Of a stretch of 64,000 nt of DNA, positions 1 through 10,539 are shown in pieces. The DNA lies in sequence record PV467749.1. One strand, given 5' to 3'. This DNA comes from a phage. The notes under the pieces were generated by a model that ran no database searches, had not been told where the DNA came from, and was given only the letters and a program-made list of their open reading frames with translations. Made by a program: the position numbers and the translations under genes. Position 1 is the stretch's first letter. Each line of letters starts with the position of its first letter.

Positions 1-939
1 GAAGATAACAGTAGTGATTGTCAATTGTATGAAGAGAAAGGTACTGGAAAAGTTTTTATCACTGGTAACACGAAGGCATTCACTGGTGTAACTGATAGAA
101 AAACTTTGTGGACGGACTGTACTACGTGGATAACATCAAGTGGTATTAATGTTTCTGATATAAAATACATGAGTAGTTTTTATGATATGAAGGTGAATTT
201 GATAACAAACGATGGTACATTGTATTGTTGTGGAGCTAACAATATATCGAACATATCATCATTTGGTGATGGCACAAACATTAATTCTTTTAACACATTC
301 AAAAGAGTAGATACTATAACTTCGGTTAAAAAGGCTGTTGGTAACATTTATTTGCGAGAAGATAATACTTTATGGGGTTGTGGTTTTAACTATTACTACC
401 AGTTGGGCACGGGTAATCAAACTTCTATTACTGGGGTGACGATGATTTCTTCGGATGTTATAGATTTTAATGTAAGTTATCAGAGTACATTTTTTATCAA
501 ATCGGATAATAATTTGTACGCTTGTGGTAAACAGTTCGGTGCACAATATGGGAACGAATTTGGTACAGGTGGTACTTCCTCTTCTACTGATATACAATAT
601 AAAACTCCGACATTATTGAGTTCAGGAGTTTATACTCTATATACTTGTGTTGGTAACATGGCATCACATATTGTCAAAGCAGATGAAGTTCTATATGCTT
701 CTGGATCGAATAGGTTTGGGCAATTAGGTGTTGGTAATAATAATAATCAGTACTCCTATACTCCTTCATATACTTCGTTTAATACTTCGTGTAATTTGGT
801 ACGCACTCCATCTGGTTCACTTATACTTACTGACACTTCGAAGTTATATTATTCGGGTGCTTCATTTGTAGTAATGGGTGGTGGTGCTGGACAGAACGTT
901 CTTAATTATACCGAAGTCGATATGTCATTTGTGCAGTAA
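1..939 (+). CDS. RCC1-like beta-propeller repeat protein, array member 1 (5' end outside window)
   Basis: Frame is open from nt 1 (no stop upstream of ORF 25..939); RCC1-type blades YQLGTGNQ, RFGQLGVGNN. Confidence 0.8.
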   Translation, partial: EDNSSDCQLYEEKGTGKVFITGNTKAFTGVTDRKTLWTDCTTWITSSGINVSDIKYMSSFYDMKVNLITNDGTLYCCGANNISNISSFGDGTNINSFNTFKRVDTITSVKKAVGNIYLREDNTLWGCGFNYYYQLGTGNQTSITGVTMISSDVIDFNVSYQSTFFIKSDNNLYACGKQFGAQYGNEFGTGGTSSSTDIQYKTPTLLSSGVYTLYTCVGNMASHIVKADEVLYASGSNRFGQLGVGNNNNQYSYTPSYTSFNTSCNLVRTPSGSLILTDTSKLYYSGASFVVMGGGAGQNVLNYTEVDMSFVQ

Positions 940-1012
940 ATTAATATGCCAGTACTTGAGTACTGGCTTTTCTTTTTGTATTAAATATAGTATAATGAAT
1001 AAGGGAGGAAAT
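940..1012 (+). promoter_or_regulatory. array cassette: terminator hairpin + TAAATA-N3-TATAAT + SD
   Basis: gccagtac-ttga-gtactggc 948-967 then T-run; ttaaatatagtataat; aagggagg before ATG 1013. Confidence 0.7.
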
Positions 1013-2122
1013 ATGTTACCTTTTGTAAGAATGGTTAAGTACGGGAATATTGCACCAGTACCGAAAAAAATAAAGAAAGTTATAGCAGGATATGATAATT
1101 TATATGTACTATATGGTGATGGTTCGCTATATGGTTGTGGAATCAATAACTATCAACAGTTAAATATTGATGGAACTGCTACACAAAATAATTGGGTACT
1201 AATTACCAATGGTGTTAGTAATGCATGGGCTGGTGGATACAATATTTTATATTTGAAAGAAGATAAATTTATAATGCACGGAACTAATGTCTCATTAGGT
1301 TTAGGAAATACTACAATTCCATTAGGTGGAGTAGATGTAACTTCTTCATTCCCAGATATCTCTAATATTAAAATGATATCCATTGGTTTTGATTCAATGC
1401 ACTATGTTAGTGCTGATGGTACAACTGTATATGGAAGAGGTATGAACACAAATGGTTCTGTTGGTTCAGGTAGTACTTACTCACAGAGTACTTTCACTTC
1501 AGTACTGAATAATGGAACTAATCAGGTTATTGATATATTTGGTAACGTTAATAATACAGTGCTTCTAACATCGAATGGTGAGCTTCGAGCATGTGGGACA
1601 AGTGCTTATGGTTCTATAGGAAATGAAACTGGTAAGTGGACATCGTTTGGTTTAAAATTATCTGGCACTAAAATAATGGGTGGTAATGGGTATAGTACGC
1701 TTGCATATACAAATTCGGGAATGTACCACTCAGGGTGGCAGTTAAATGGGGAACTAGGAAATGGTTTAAATACTAACGTACAGGTATATCCATTTCAATT
1801 TAACTCTAAAACGATAGATAGCAAGATAGATAAAATTGCCAAATCATCATCTGGGTCATATGTTAACATGTACTCAACAACAGAAGGAAAGATATATACG
1901 ACAGGTTCGTTTGGTAAAAACGGGTCAACTACTGCATTGAATTTGTTCACCAATACATTAACACTTATAAATTACAATCCAGATACCGCCTCGTTGTATA
2001 CGTGCACAAACTTCAGTGTTGTGTATGATGGTAATGAAACTATTGCTGTAAGTGGTAGTCCTACATATGTACCAGGGGGCGTTGCCGCTAATAGATGGAC
2101 TACAATTCCATTACCCAAGTAA
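1013..2122 (+). CDS. RCC1-like repeat protein, array member 2 (VKYGN subtype)
   Basis: Starts MLPFVRMVKYGNIAPVP at ATG 1013 after SD. ORF-track start 878 reads through the cassette and was rejected. Motif WQLNGELGNG; C-term WTTIPLPK. Confidence 0.85.
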   Translation: MLPFVRMVKYGNIAPVPKKIKKVIAGYDNLYVLYGDGSLYGCGINNYQQLNIDGTATQNNWVLITNGVSNAWAGGYNILYLKEDKFIMHGTNVSLGLGNTTIPLGGVDVTSSFPDISNIKMISIGFDSMHYVSADGTTVYGRGMNTNGSVGSGSTYSQSTFTSVLNNGTNQVIDIFGNVNNTVLLTSNGELRACGTSAYGSIGNETGKWTSFGLKLSGTKIMGGNGYSTLAYTNSGMYHSGWQLNGELGNGLNTNVQVYPFQFNSKTIDSKIDKIAKSSSGSYVNMYSTTEGKIYTTGSFGKNGSTTALNLFTNTLTLINYNPDTASLYTCTNFSVVYDGNETIAVSGSPTYVPGGVAANRWTTIPLPK

Positions 2123-2190
2123 TACTATGCCAGTACTTGATACTGGCTTTTTTTTGATTAAATATAGTATAATGAATAAAGGAGGGAATT
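2123..2190 (+). promoter_or_regulatory. array cassette: terminator + promoter + SD
   Basis: gccagta-cttga-tactggc 2129-2147 + T8; TAAATA 2159-2164, TATAAT 2168-2173, aaaggaggg 2178-2186. Confidence 0.7.
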
Positions 2191-3318
2191 ATGTTACCTT
2201 TTGTTAGAATGTTTGATTATGGGAATATAATCGAAGTTAATAATATAAAGAAAAGTGTTGTTAGTTACACTCTTGAAATGTTTCTAATGCAAGATGGCAC
2301 TGTATATGCACACGGTGAAGATTCAAACTATAATGCGGGTTTAAGTACACAGTTTGTATCGTTAGGAGCAGTTCAACAAATCACAACTGAAGTTGATGAC
2401 TTATGGTTAGGATCGTTTTCCGTTGTTATTAAAGGTGATAAAATATATGGTTCAGGTTCAACATATGCATTCACGAATTCTAATACTTTCCAACAAGGAT
2501 ATACTGACTGGGCTGTGTATTTCACTGGTATAGATGTTACCCAAATTAAAAAAATGTTATGTGGTTATACAGCATTTATATTAATGAAAGACGGAACACT
2601 TTATGGAAGAGGATGGAATCGAAGTGGTGCATTAGGTTTAGGACATAAAAATTATGTTTCAGCGTGGACTGTACTTGACACTAATGTGGATAATATATTT
2701 GGCGGTTACCTTGGCGATACATTGTTTAAGATTAAAAACGATGGAACTGTATATGGTTCAGGTTCAAATAACAGCTTTCAAGTTAAAGCAACATCGGGTG
2801 ATGCAACCACATTTGTTCCATTGTTTGATGATATATCTTATGATATAAAATGCAGTTTTGTTTCTGGTGTTGGTTTTGTAATGATAACATCTGATAATAA
2901 AATATATACAACTGGAACTACTTTTGCTGGTAGTGGTGCACATAGTAAAGTTTTTGATGTTGGTTTTACTATAGGTGATATGAGTAATATATATCATCCT
3001 GATTCGTTGGACTATTCGACTAGTGTTGTATTTTTAATTAATGCAGATACAAACAAACTAATAGCAACTGGGCATACCCCATTTACGGGAAGTAGTTCAA
3101 GTTCCCTTCCATATTTTACAGCATTTCAAGAATTCAATTTTACATCGTTCAATTCGAATACACGATATAGTGGGTCTTTATACTGGAATACATTTTACGA
3201 AGGTAATAATGTATGGATGAATGGATATAATCCTGAAAATACGGGTGGAAAGAATTTCTCATTGTGTTCAATACCGTTAGATACTATTATTACTAAGCAA
3301 ATTGATTTACCTTTTTGA
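2191..3318 (+). CDS. RCC1-like repeat protein, array member 3 (FDYGN subtype)
   Basis: MLPFVRMFDYGN start; GWNRSGALGLGHKN; C-term QIDLPF. Confidence 0.85.
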   Translation: MLPFVRMFDYGNIIEVNNIKKSVVSYTLEMFLMQDGTVYAHGEDSNYNAGLSTQFVSLGAVQQITTEVDDLWLGSFSVVIKGDKIYGSGSTYAFTNSNTFQQGYTDWAVYFTGIDVTQIKKMLCGYTAFILMKDGTLYGRGWNRSGALGLGHKNYVSAWTVLDTNVDNIFGGYLGDTLFKIKNDGTVYGSGSNNSFQVKATSGDATTFVPLFDDISYDIKCSFVSGVGFVMITSDNKIYTTGTTFAGSGAHSKVFDVGFTIGDMSNIYHPDSLDYSTSVVFLINADTNKLIATGHTPFTGSSSSSLPYFTAFQEFNFTSFNSNTRYSGSLYWNTFYEGNNVWMNGYNPENTGGKNFSLCSIPLDTIITKQIDLPF

Positions 3319-3388
3319 ATACTATGCCAGTACTTGATACTGGCTTTTTTTTTGATTAAATATAGTATAATGAATAAAGGAGGGAATT
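3319..3388 (+). promoter_or_regulatory. array cassette: terminator + promoter + SD
   Basis: gccagtacttgatactggc 3326-3344 + T-run; gattaaatatagtataatgaataaaggaggg. Confidence 0.7.
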
Positions 3389-4510
3389 ATGTTACCTTTT
3401 GTTAGAATGTTTGATTATGGAAATGAAGTACCTGATCCTAGTTCGGGATTTCGAATAATAAGTACAGGAGACGCATTACTATTAATTACTAAGAGTGGTG
3501 ATTTGTGGGTGCGTGGTTATAACCGTTATGGTAAGTTAGGTATAGGTAATAACACCACTACCTATGTACTTGATTGGACGAAGGTTAGAAGTGATGTAAA
3601 GTTTGCGTGTGGTAGTGGATTGGTAACAGTTATCTTTACTAAGGATAATCGCATATTGTACTGTGGTGACAAATGGTTTGAAACGGGTGGTGTTGGTAGT
3701 GCACAGATTTTCACATGGACAGATGTTACGCATCAATTTGGGGTAGTAGATTTGAGTACTGTAAGGGATATGAAAATATCTTATTACGCGATTGGGTTAG
3801 TTACTACTAATAATCAATTATACGCTAAGGGATTTGATAATAACCTATCATTTGGTGGGGTTACTAATAAGGCGACTGCTGTGTTTATTGCGAATAATGT
3901 ACAAGAGTTGTATACGAGTTTAGTTAGTACTATCTACGTTGATACAAGTGGTATATTACATCGTTGTGGCATGAGTGATAACGGTTCGTTGGGTAATAAT
4001 GGTAGTTTAACTTCGTATCTAAGTTATTCACAGACTGGTATGACGATTAAGGACATTGGAATGATGACTACGAACACTGGGTTATTATATACTGATTCTA
4101 GTGCACGCACGAGATATTTTATTGCTGGACAGAACTTGAATAAACAGATGGGTAATGCGGCGGGTGCGAGTGCCATTACGAGTACTTACACAGAGCTTTC
4201 TGGTAGTGTTGATAAGTTTTCTTCTTTATGGGAGAATGATGGGATATTGATGACATTTGCTGTGGGTAAGAACACTAATCAGTTATTTTATGCTGGGATG
4301 AATACTTTTCATGCGAGTGGTGGTGAATCTTCATATGCGGATACATATGAGTTAGTCCCGATGGTGTTTAATGACATACAGGAAGTGTTATGTGCACAGC
4401 GTTTATCGGTGGTACATGATTCTACGAAGTGGTATTACTGTGGTGATGCTAATTCAATGTATGGTTTACCGGACGTAAGTACTTTTACTGAGTTACCGTT
4501 GCCCTTTTAA
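3389..4510 (+). CDS. RCC1-like repeat protein, array member 4
   Basis: MLPFVRMFDYGN start; GYNRYGKLGIGNNT; C-term FTELPLPF. Confidence 0.85.
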   Translation: MLPFVRMFDYGNEVPDPSSGFRIISTGDALLLITKSGDLWVRGYNRYGKLGIGNNTTTYVLDWTKVRSDVKFACGSGLVTVIFTKDNRILYCGDKWFETGGVGSAQIFTWTDVTHQFGVVDLSTVRDMKISYYAIGLVTTNNQLYAKGFDNNLSFGGVTNKATAVFIANNVQELYTSLVSTIYVDTSGILHRCGMSDNGSLGNNGSLTSYLSYSQTGMTIKDIGMMTTNTGLLYTDSSARTRYFIAGQNLNKQMGNAAGASAITSTYTELSGSVDKFSSLWENDGILMTFAVGKNTNQLFYAGMNTFHASGGESSYADTYELVPMVFNDIQEVLCAQRLSVVHDSTKWYYCGDANSMYGLPDVSTFTELPLPF

Positions 4511-4581
4511 TAATAGGTCAGTACTCAAGTACTGGCTTTTCTTTTTGATTAAATATAGTATAATGAATAAAGGAGGGAATT
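4511..4581 (+). promoter_or_regulatory. array cassette: terminator + promoter + SD
   Basis: gtcagtactcaagtactggc 4517-4536 + T-run; same promoter/SD string. Confidence 0.7.
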
Positions 4582-5763
4582 ATGTTACCTTTTGTTAGAA
4601 TGTTTGATTATGGGAACGTCGTTGAGCCACCTGTGGGTACACGTTATACCTGTAGTGACTATAGTGCGACTTATAGTTTAATAAAGGATGGTGTGTTATA
4701 TGTATCTGGGATGAATAACTATTATCAGTTAGGTAATAACACTAACGTAACACGTTACAACGAGTGGTTAAAAGTTCCAGAGACTGATAGTGTTAAGTTT
4801 TGTAGTACTGGTTATAGTCAGACAATGTATCTGACTAACAATGGTAGGATAATGATAGCAGGTGAAGATCCTACTTCCAGTGCGACTTCGGTAAGTGTAA
4901 AGGTTTGGACGGATATAACTTCTAGATTTCGTGCAGTTGATACTAAAAAGATTGTTTATATTTCAATAGAACGCTTTGGTGTAATGATGATCATGGAAGA
5001 TGGTTCAGTATGGGCGTGTGGTGTTGATAATACTGGTTGGAGTGGACAAGGGAGTAAGACTGTTGGTTTCTTTACTTTCAGACAAATATACACCGGAAGT
5101 GCAGGAAGTGCAGTTGCTTGTACTGCTGGTACTGGTACTGCGAGAATTCTGTTAGCTAATGGAACAATCTTGTCCTCTGGTACTAATACATATCATCAAT
5201 GTAATGCTAGTACTAATCCGGCTGTTCTAACATTCACTGAATCATTCCCTGGGGTTGATCCTTCATTGATATATCAAATCAAGATGTGTAATAACAACTG
5301 TATTATATTTTTGAGTGATAAGAGATATTACGGTACTGGCTGGGGAAGTTTTGGTGCATTGGGTGATGGTGATATTACGGGTTCGAATAATAAATTCTAT
5401 GCAGGTACATTGTCAGTTGCTCCTAAAAACATGCGTGCTTATATGTCGTATCTATGTAGTTCTTCTGGGGATTCTAGTATGTACATAGGCGATGATAATT
5501 TCATATACACCTGCGGTTATCGTGGGAGGAACTTAATAAATGCCACTACAGATATTGGTACGTTCACGAAATGCATTCAAAGTGCACAAGGATACAAGAA
5601 TGGACTTATATATAGTGGGAATTATTGTGCTGTAGTTTTTGATCCAGATTTGGGTTCAGGAATGTCATATGCGGTTTCATCACCAAAATTGAATTCTCCA
5701 GCACCACAGGCTAGTGTTCCAGCATTGGGTATGAGTTCGTTACAATCTATCATTTTACCATAA
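4582..5763 (+). CDS. RCC1-like repeat protein, array member 5
   Basis: MLPFVRMFDYGN start; MNNYYQLGNNTN, GWGSFGALGDGD. Confidence 0.85.
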   Translation: MLPFVRMFDYGNVVEPPVGTRYTCSDYSATYSLIKDGVLYVSGMNNYYQLGNNTNVTRYNEWLKVPETDSVKFCSTGYSQTMYLTNNGRIMIAGEDPTSSATSVSVKVWTDITSRFRAVDTKKIVYISIERFGVMMIMEDGSVWACGVDNTGWSGQGSKTVGFFTFRQIYTGSAGSAVACTAGTGTARILLANGTILSSGTNTYHQCNASTNPAVLTFTESFPGVDPSLIYQIKMCNNNCIIFLSDKRYYGTGWGSFGALGDGDITGSNNKFYAGTLSVAPKNMRAYMSYLCSSSGDSSMYIGDDNFIYTCGYRGRNLINATTDIGTFTKCIQSAQGYKNGLIYSGNYCAVVFDPDLGSGMSYAVSSPKLNSPAPQASVPALGMSSLQSIILP

Positions 5764-5837
5764 ATGATACCAGTACTGAAATACGTACTGGTATTTTTTT
5801 GTAAATACATTATAATTATTATATGGAGATTTTAGTT
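5764..5837 (+). promoter_or_regulatory. variant array cassette: terminator + promoter + SD
   Basis: accagtac-tgaaatac-gtactggt 5769-5792 + T7; gtaaatacattataat; ggag before ATG 5838. Confidence 0.65.
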
Positions 5838-6968
5838 ATGTTACCTTTTGTTAGAATGTTTGATTATGGGAATACAGTGGCTGCTCCCACTGGTATAAAG
5901 GATTTCCAAGCAAATGGAAGCCACTGTATGGCACTAACATATAGTGGTGAGATGTGGGCTTATGGTACAAGTACAAGTGGATCAATGGGAACCGGATTCA
6001 CGGTGGGTGCTGCTGATAAGGGTTGGTACAAGTCTAACATTAGTAATGTTAAATCATTCAGTTCTAATATGCAGACTAGCACAGTGGCTTTGACAAATGA
6101 TGATAGAGTGCTAGTTTGTGGCTCAACTAGATTTGACAAATTCAGTACTCCAGATATTGCATCATCTAACCTTGATTGGTTGGATGTTACTGATCATATT
6201 CCACAGGAAGTTATTGATGCTGGGATGAAGCAAGTTATTAACCACGCATATTATGTTGCCATTTTTACTGAAAACAATCTATTATATAGTGTGGCATTAT
6301 CTTTGGGTAATACTAGTACTATAATAGATAGAACATGGCGAAGAAATACATTTGGTGATATACAAGTTGAACGTGTTGTTTCGTTGACACAAACCCCAAG
6401 TGGTCCTTTGTGTATAGTTCAAGATGCTGCCGGATACCAGTATGGTATTGGATATAATGGTAATAAGATTATTGATAATACTTCCACTAATTCATATTCT
6501 GTATATACCAAAATGGGTACACTTCCTTACAATGAATTTGCCATATCGAATAGCGGGAAATTCAGTTCAGCGGTATTATCAGATGGGAGAAGTGTTTATA
6601 GTGGTACATTTCCAAAGTCATTCAATGATAGTTTTGGTTCATTTTTGAAAGTTGGTGCGGTATCAAATACTGTGTTTGGTTTAGATGCAAAAAATATGCG
6701 TGGTCAATATGGTCAAAATCAATTACCAATTGCGTCGGCTGATAACAATGCAAGTAATGGCGTTGTGAGCCTTCGTAATGTTCCAGCGGGAACACAAACG
6801 AAAGACATTCGATTTATATGCGGAAATGATGTAAAGAACGTTTATATCATATACACAAATGAAGACGGCATTAGTTCATTTTATGGATTGGGACCAAACT
6901 TTGATCAAAATTCCTCAGCATATGCACAATTCGTCAAAGTGGATTTGCCAGGGGCATTACTAAATTAA
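5838..6968 (+). CDS. divergent propeller-repeat protein, array member 6
   Basis: MLPFVRMFDYGN at internal Met of ORF 5823; weaker repeats (GTSTSGSMGTG); C-term FVKVDLPG. Confidence 0.8.
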   Translation: MLPFVRMFDYGNTVAAPTGIKDFQANGSHCMALTYSGEMWAYGTSTSGSMGTGFTVGAADKGWYKSNISNVKSFSSNMQTSTVALTNDDRVLVCGSTRFDKFSTPDIASSNLDWLDVTDHIPQEVIDAGMKQVINHAYYVAIFTENNLLYSVALSLGNTSTIIDRTWRRNTFGDIQVERVVSLTQTPSGPLCIVQDAAGYQYGIGYNGNKIIDNTSTNSYSVYTKMGTLPYNEFAISNSGKFSSAVLSDGRSVYSGTFPKSFNDSFGSFLKVGAVSNTVFGLDAKNMRGQYGQNQLPIASADNNASNGVVSLRNVPAGTQTKDIRFICGNDVKNVYIIYTNEDGISSFYGLGPNFDQNSSAYAQFVKVDLPGALLN

Positions 6969-6978
6969 GGAGAGAAAT

Positions 6979-8181
6979 ATGTTACCTTTTGCGAGGATGG
7001 TTAAGTTCGGGAATATTGCACCAGGGCCAGAACCAATAGAGTTCTCAAATGTTTTACAACAACATTATACAAACTGTATGTATCTACATAGCCCAACTAA
7101 TACTTTATATGGTTATGGTAGTAATAACTTTTATCAATTTGGTCTTGGGAATTCAGCAGCAGTTGCGTCATTTACAGTACTTGCAACGCGATGTGCAGCC
7201 TTTTGGCTTGGTGTTCAAGGTTCATTGATGATTGATTTGGATAATAAAATATACTACACTGGGTCGGTTGGTGCATTTTCTGATTATGGAGATGCAACAC
7301 CTGTTAATGGTTATTTGAGAACATGGACTGATGTTACTGCTTCATTTAATAAAATTGGTGTTATGGCTAATATGATCAAGAGTGTATATATAGGTGAAAG
7401 TACTAGAATATTATTAACCGATGGTAGAGTAATTGCGTGTGGAAGAAATACCAATGGTGAATGTGGGTCTGGTAATCGAAATTCCATACCTACACTAACA
7501 GTTATGACTAATATGGGTGAAGTTACACATATGGCATGTTCATTACAAGGAACGCACTATATTAAATCAAATAAAAAGGCATGGTTTTGTGGTAAGGATA
7601 ACTTCGGTGAAAGTGGTTGTGGTGCTAGTTCTATGATATATTTGAACAAATATGTGATGAGTGATGTCGAACATATTAGTACTACATACGATGTTACTTG
7701 GTGGTTTACTACTGGTGGGCCTGTATATTATAGCGGGGCTAACAGTACTGGACAAGCTGGTAATGGTACGACTACATCGGTAAATCAGCTAACACCAATT
7801 AGGAACACATCGGTCACGGTTGATGTAAGTAAGTACAGTACTTTTATTTGTCCAAGTAATATGGGAAATGCATCAATTGGTGCACCTATGGCACAATACG
7901 CACCATATGTTAGAAGTAGTGGTGCTAACGGATACGGTCAAGAAGGTAATGGAACTAATACATTAGTTAGGACTTGGAATATTTTTAATCTTAATGCAAT
8001 AAGTGGTGGTTATGACAATGTTCTTATGGCATCTAAAGATTGGAGCAGAACCATAATAATTACTAAAGATTATAAATTATATGCATGTGGTGGCTGGAAT
8101 GGTAATGGTGGTAGATTGCCTGATGGCACTTATAGTATTACTACACTAACATTAATGCCAACGCAGTTATGGCAACAATAG
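6979..8181 (+). CDS. RCC1-like repeat protein, array member 7 (VKFGN subtype)
   Basis: MLPFARMVKFGNIAPGP. SD aaggagag lies 10 nt after the stop of member 6, with no cassette. GSNNFYQFGLGN, GRNTNGECGSGN, GANGYGQEGNG. Confidence 0.85.
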   Translation: MLPFARMVKFGNIAPGPEPIEFSNVLQQHYTNCMYLHSPTNTLYGYGSNNFYQFGLGNSAAVASFTVLATRCAAFWLGVQGSLMIDLDNKIYYTGSVGAFSDYGDATPVNGYLRTWTDVTASFNKIGVMANMIKSVYIGESTRILLTDGRVIACGRNTNGECGSGNRNSIPTLTVMTNMGEVTHMACSLQGTHYIKSNKKAWFCGKDNFGESGCGASSMIYLNKYVMSDVEHISTTYDVTWWFTTGGPVYYSGANSTGQAGNGTTTSVNQLTPIRNTSVTVDVSKYSTFICPSNMGNASIGAPMAQYAPYVRSSGANGYGQEGNGTNTLVRTWNIFNLNAISGGYDNVLMASKDWSRTIIITKDYKLYACGGWNGNGGRLPDGTYSITTLTLMPTQLWQQ

Positions 8182-8189
8182 GAGGAATT

Positions 8190-9299
8190 ATGTTACCTTT
8201 TGTAAGACTATTTGATTATGGGAATATTACCTCTGGTCCTAAAAATATAATTAAAGTTGGTGCTTCTACTCAAGGTCAATTCGTATTGACTGATTCACAT
8301 GAATTGTATTACATAGGCAGAAATCAAGGTGGTGAATCTGGAAATGGTAATAAAAACACGGTATCTTCTTGGACATTAGTAAGTGCAGATGTTTCTAATT
8401 TTTTCACTGGAGGACGAACACTTGTTATTATTAAAAATGACAATACGATATGGACATCAGGTGAAACATTTTGGTTCACATCATCATCAACAACTTCTTA
8501 CAGTACTACATTAGTTGATAGAACGGAGTGGTTTACAAATACAATTCCTGTGAATCAAATTGCTAATATTGTATGCAATGGTGGTGTAATATTTGTACTC
8601 AGTTCAAGTTCAGTACTCTATGGTGCTGGGGCTAATGGATACCGTGGTGTATTGGGGATTGGTTCTTCATCAATATATACATTAACACTATGTGCTTCTA
8701 ATGTGCGTAAAGTTATGTCTACTCCTAATGATAGTATGTATATTAGCATAGATAATAAGTTATATAGTTCAGGGTGGAATGACCGTGGATTACATGGCAC
8801 AGGGAACAGAACACAAGTTAACATTTGGGGACTGCGTAGTTCTGGTGTAATAGATGCAGCTATTGGTGGACATACACTCAATTACTATAATGGTACATCA
8901 TATTTCACATGTGGTACAACTCCAAACTTTCTTAGTTCAGATTCAACTACATTCAAAGCAGTTCCTGTAAGTACTTTACCTAATAATTCACCTTTGTTTA
9001 TGACAAATTCAGAGGCAACAAGCACGGCTACGCAAATTATATTAACTAGTGCATATCAGAAAGGTATTGGGGGAAACCGTGGTTTGGGATTAAACAATTC
9101 TCAAACGGGTGCTATCTATAGTGCTGCTAATTTACAATTACCTGTAGAAGTTAGTGAGATTAGTGATGTTGCTTTTAGTGACGGATTAACATCATTATTA
9201 ACCAAAGACGGGAATGTATATAGTACTGGATCGTATTACGCCATTCCAGGTGCAAGTGCAGATGTTGCAGTCTTTACTAAAATTGATTTACCAAAATAA
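8190..9299 (+). CDS. RCC1-like repeat protein, array member 8
   Basis: MLPFVRLFDYGN at ATG 8190 after taggagg; no cassette upstream; GRNQGGESGNGNKN, GWNDRGLHGTGN; C-term FTKIDLPK. Confidence 0.85.
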   Translation: MLPFVRLFDYGNITSGPKNIIKVGASTQGQFVLTDSHELYYIGRNQGGESGNGNKNTVSSWTLVSADVSNFFTGGRTLVIIKNDNTIWTSGETFWFTSSSTTSYSTTLVDRTEWFTNTIPVNQIANIVCNGGVIFVLSSSSVLYGAGANGYRGVLGIGSSSIYTLTLCASNVRKVMSTPNDSMYISIDNKLYSSGWNDRGLHGTGNRTQVNIWGLRSSGVIDAAIGGHTLNYYNGTSYFTCGTTPNFLSSDSTTFKAVPVSTLPNNSPLFMTNSEATSTATQIILTSAYQKGIGGNRGLGLNNSQTGAIYSAANLQLPVEVSEISDVAFSDGLTSLLTKDGNVYSTGSYYAIPGASADVAVFTKIDLPK

Positions 9300-9369
9300 C
9301 ATAATGCCAGTACAGAGTACTGGCTTTTCTTTTTGGTTAAATATAGTATAATGAATAAAGGAGGGAATT
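9300..9369 (+). promoter_or_regulatory. array cassette: terminator + promoter + SD
   Basis: gccagtacagagtactggc 9306-9324 + T-run; ggttaaatatagtataatgaataaaggaggg. Confidence 0.7.
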
Positions 9370-10539
9370 ATGTTACCTTTTGCAAGAATGGTTAAGTACG
9401 GGAATATTGCACCTGTTCGCCCTGAAATAAAGAAATTGGATGGTAGTCAATCACATGTCGGATTACTATATAGTACTGGTAATATGTATATGCGTGGTTC
9501 TGGTTCGAACTACCAGTTAGGTACAGGTGATGCTAGTGATGTATTAGATGGTTGGGTACATGTACCCTATGAAGTTGATGATTTTTGGGCGTGTGTGTTC
9601 GGTACATTAATAAAGACTAAAGACAATAAGTTATATTGTGCAGGACTATCAATGGGTGGATATTTTGGTGCTAGTGGTTCATATGTTAACTGGACTGAAG
9701 TAACTTCATTATTTGTGGGTATTAACGTCTCACAAATAAAGAATATAGAATTTACATCAGCGAATACTTCCGGTAGTACACTAATATTGATGTTAGATGG
9801 TAGTTTATATGGGTTCGGCATGAACAGTAGATCAGAGTTAGGTGTTACAAACAAAGTCGTATCTCCTATTCTTATAGATACTGGGGTAAGTTCAATAGGA
9901 GCACATAAATTAGGTGGTTCATCGTTCCATTATATAAAAGACGGTAAGTACTACAGATGTGGAACATCGGTTGGTCGTAATATTGGGATTTCTTCTTTGA
10001 CTACTTTTACTGAATTGAGTATTCCTGATAACGTTATATCTATGCAAATATTATATGACAACGTACAGTTATTATGTTTAGGAAGTTCTGGATATAGTAT
10101 CTATATGGCTGGTTCGAATAATTATGGTGGAAGAGGTGTTGATGGTAGTACTATTTACTCTACATTCAGGAAAATAGATCTTACTGGATTTGGTGTTGTT
10201 CCCAGTGAAATACTATTTGAAAATGCAGGGAATGGTTATGTTAATATATCAACTGATAGTACTGGCATATATACATGTGGTGGTGGTGCTGGTGTTAATG
10301 GTTTAGGTAGACCGAGTAATGTGATATCAAGTTCACAGTTGGGTTTGATTGAGTTCAGTACAGGATTATACCCAGCAAATATAAGTCGTGTATTTTCACA
10401 GAGTTCATCTTCTGTTATATATTGTATAGTTAATAATGAATTGTACTGGGCTGGGAGTAATTCATATTTTACTGATCAAACTACAAATACTGGTACACAA
10501 TTTTCATTTATTAAGATGAAGGATATGCCTTCTGCTTAG
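9370..10539 (+). CDS. RCC1-like repeat protein, array member 9 (VKYGN subtype)
   Basis: MLPFARMVKYGNIAPVRP; GSGSNYQLGTGD, GMNSRSELGV. Confidence 0.85.
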   Translation: MLPFARMVKYGNIAPVRPEIKKLDGSQSHVGLLYSTGNMYMRGSGSNYQLGTGDASDVLDGWVHVPYEVDDFWACVFGTLIKTKDNKLYCAGLSMGGYFGASGSYVNWTEVTSLFVGINVSQIKNIEFTSANTSGSTLILMLDGSLYGFGMNSRSELGVTNKVVSPILIDTGVSSIGAHKLGGSSFHYIKDGKYYRCGTSVGRNIGISSLTTFTELSIPDNVISMQILYDNVQLLCLGSSGYSIYMAGSNNYGGRGVDGSTIYSTFRKIDLTGFGVVPSEILFENAGNGYVNISTDSTGIYTCGGGAGVNGLGRPSNVISSSQLGLIEFSTGLYPANISRVFSQSSSSVIYCIVNNELYWAGSNSYFTDQTTNTGTQFSFIKMKDMPSA

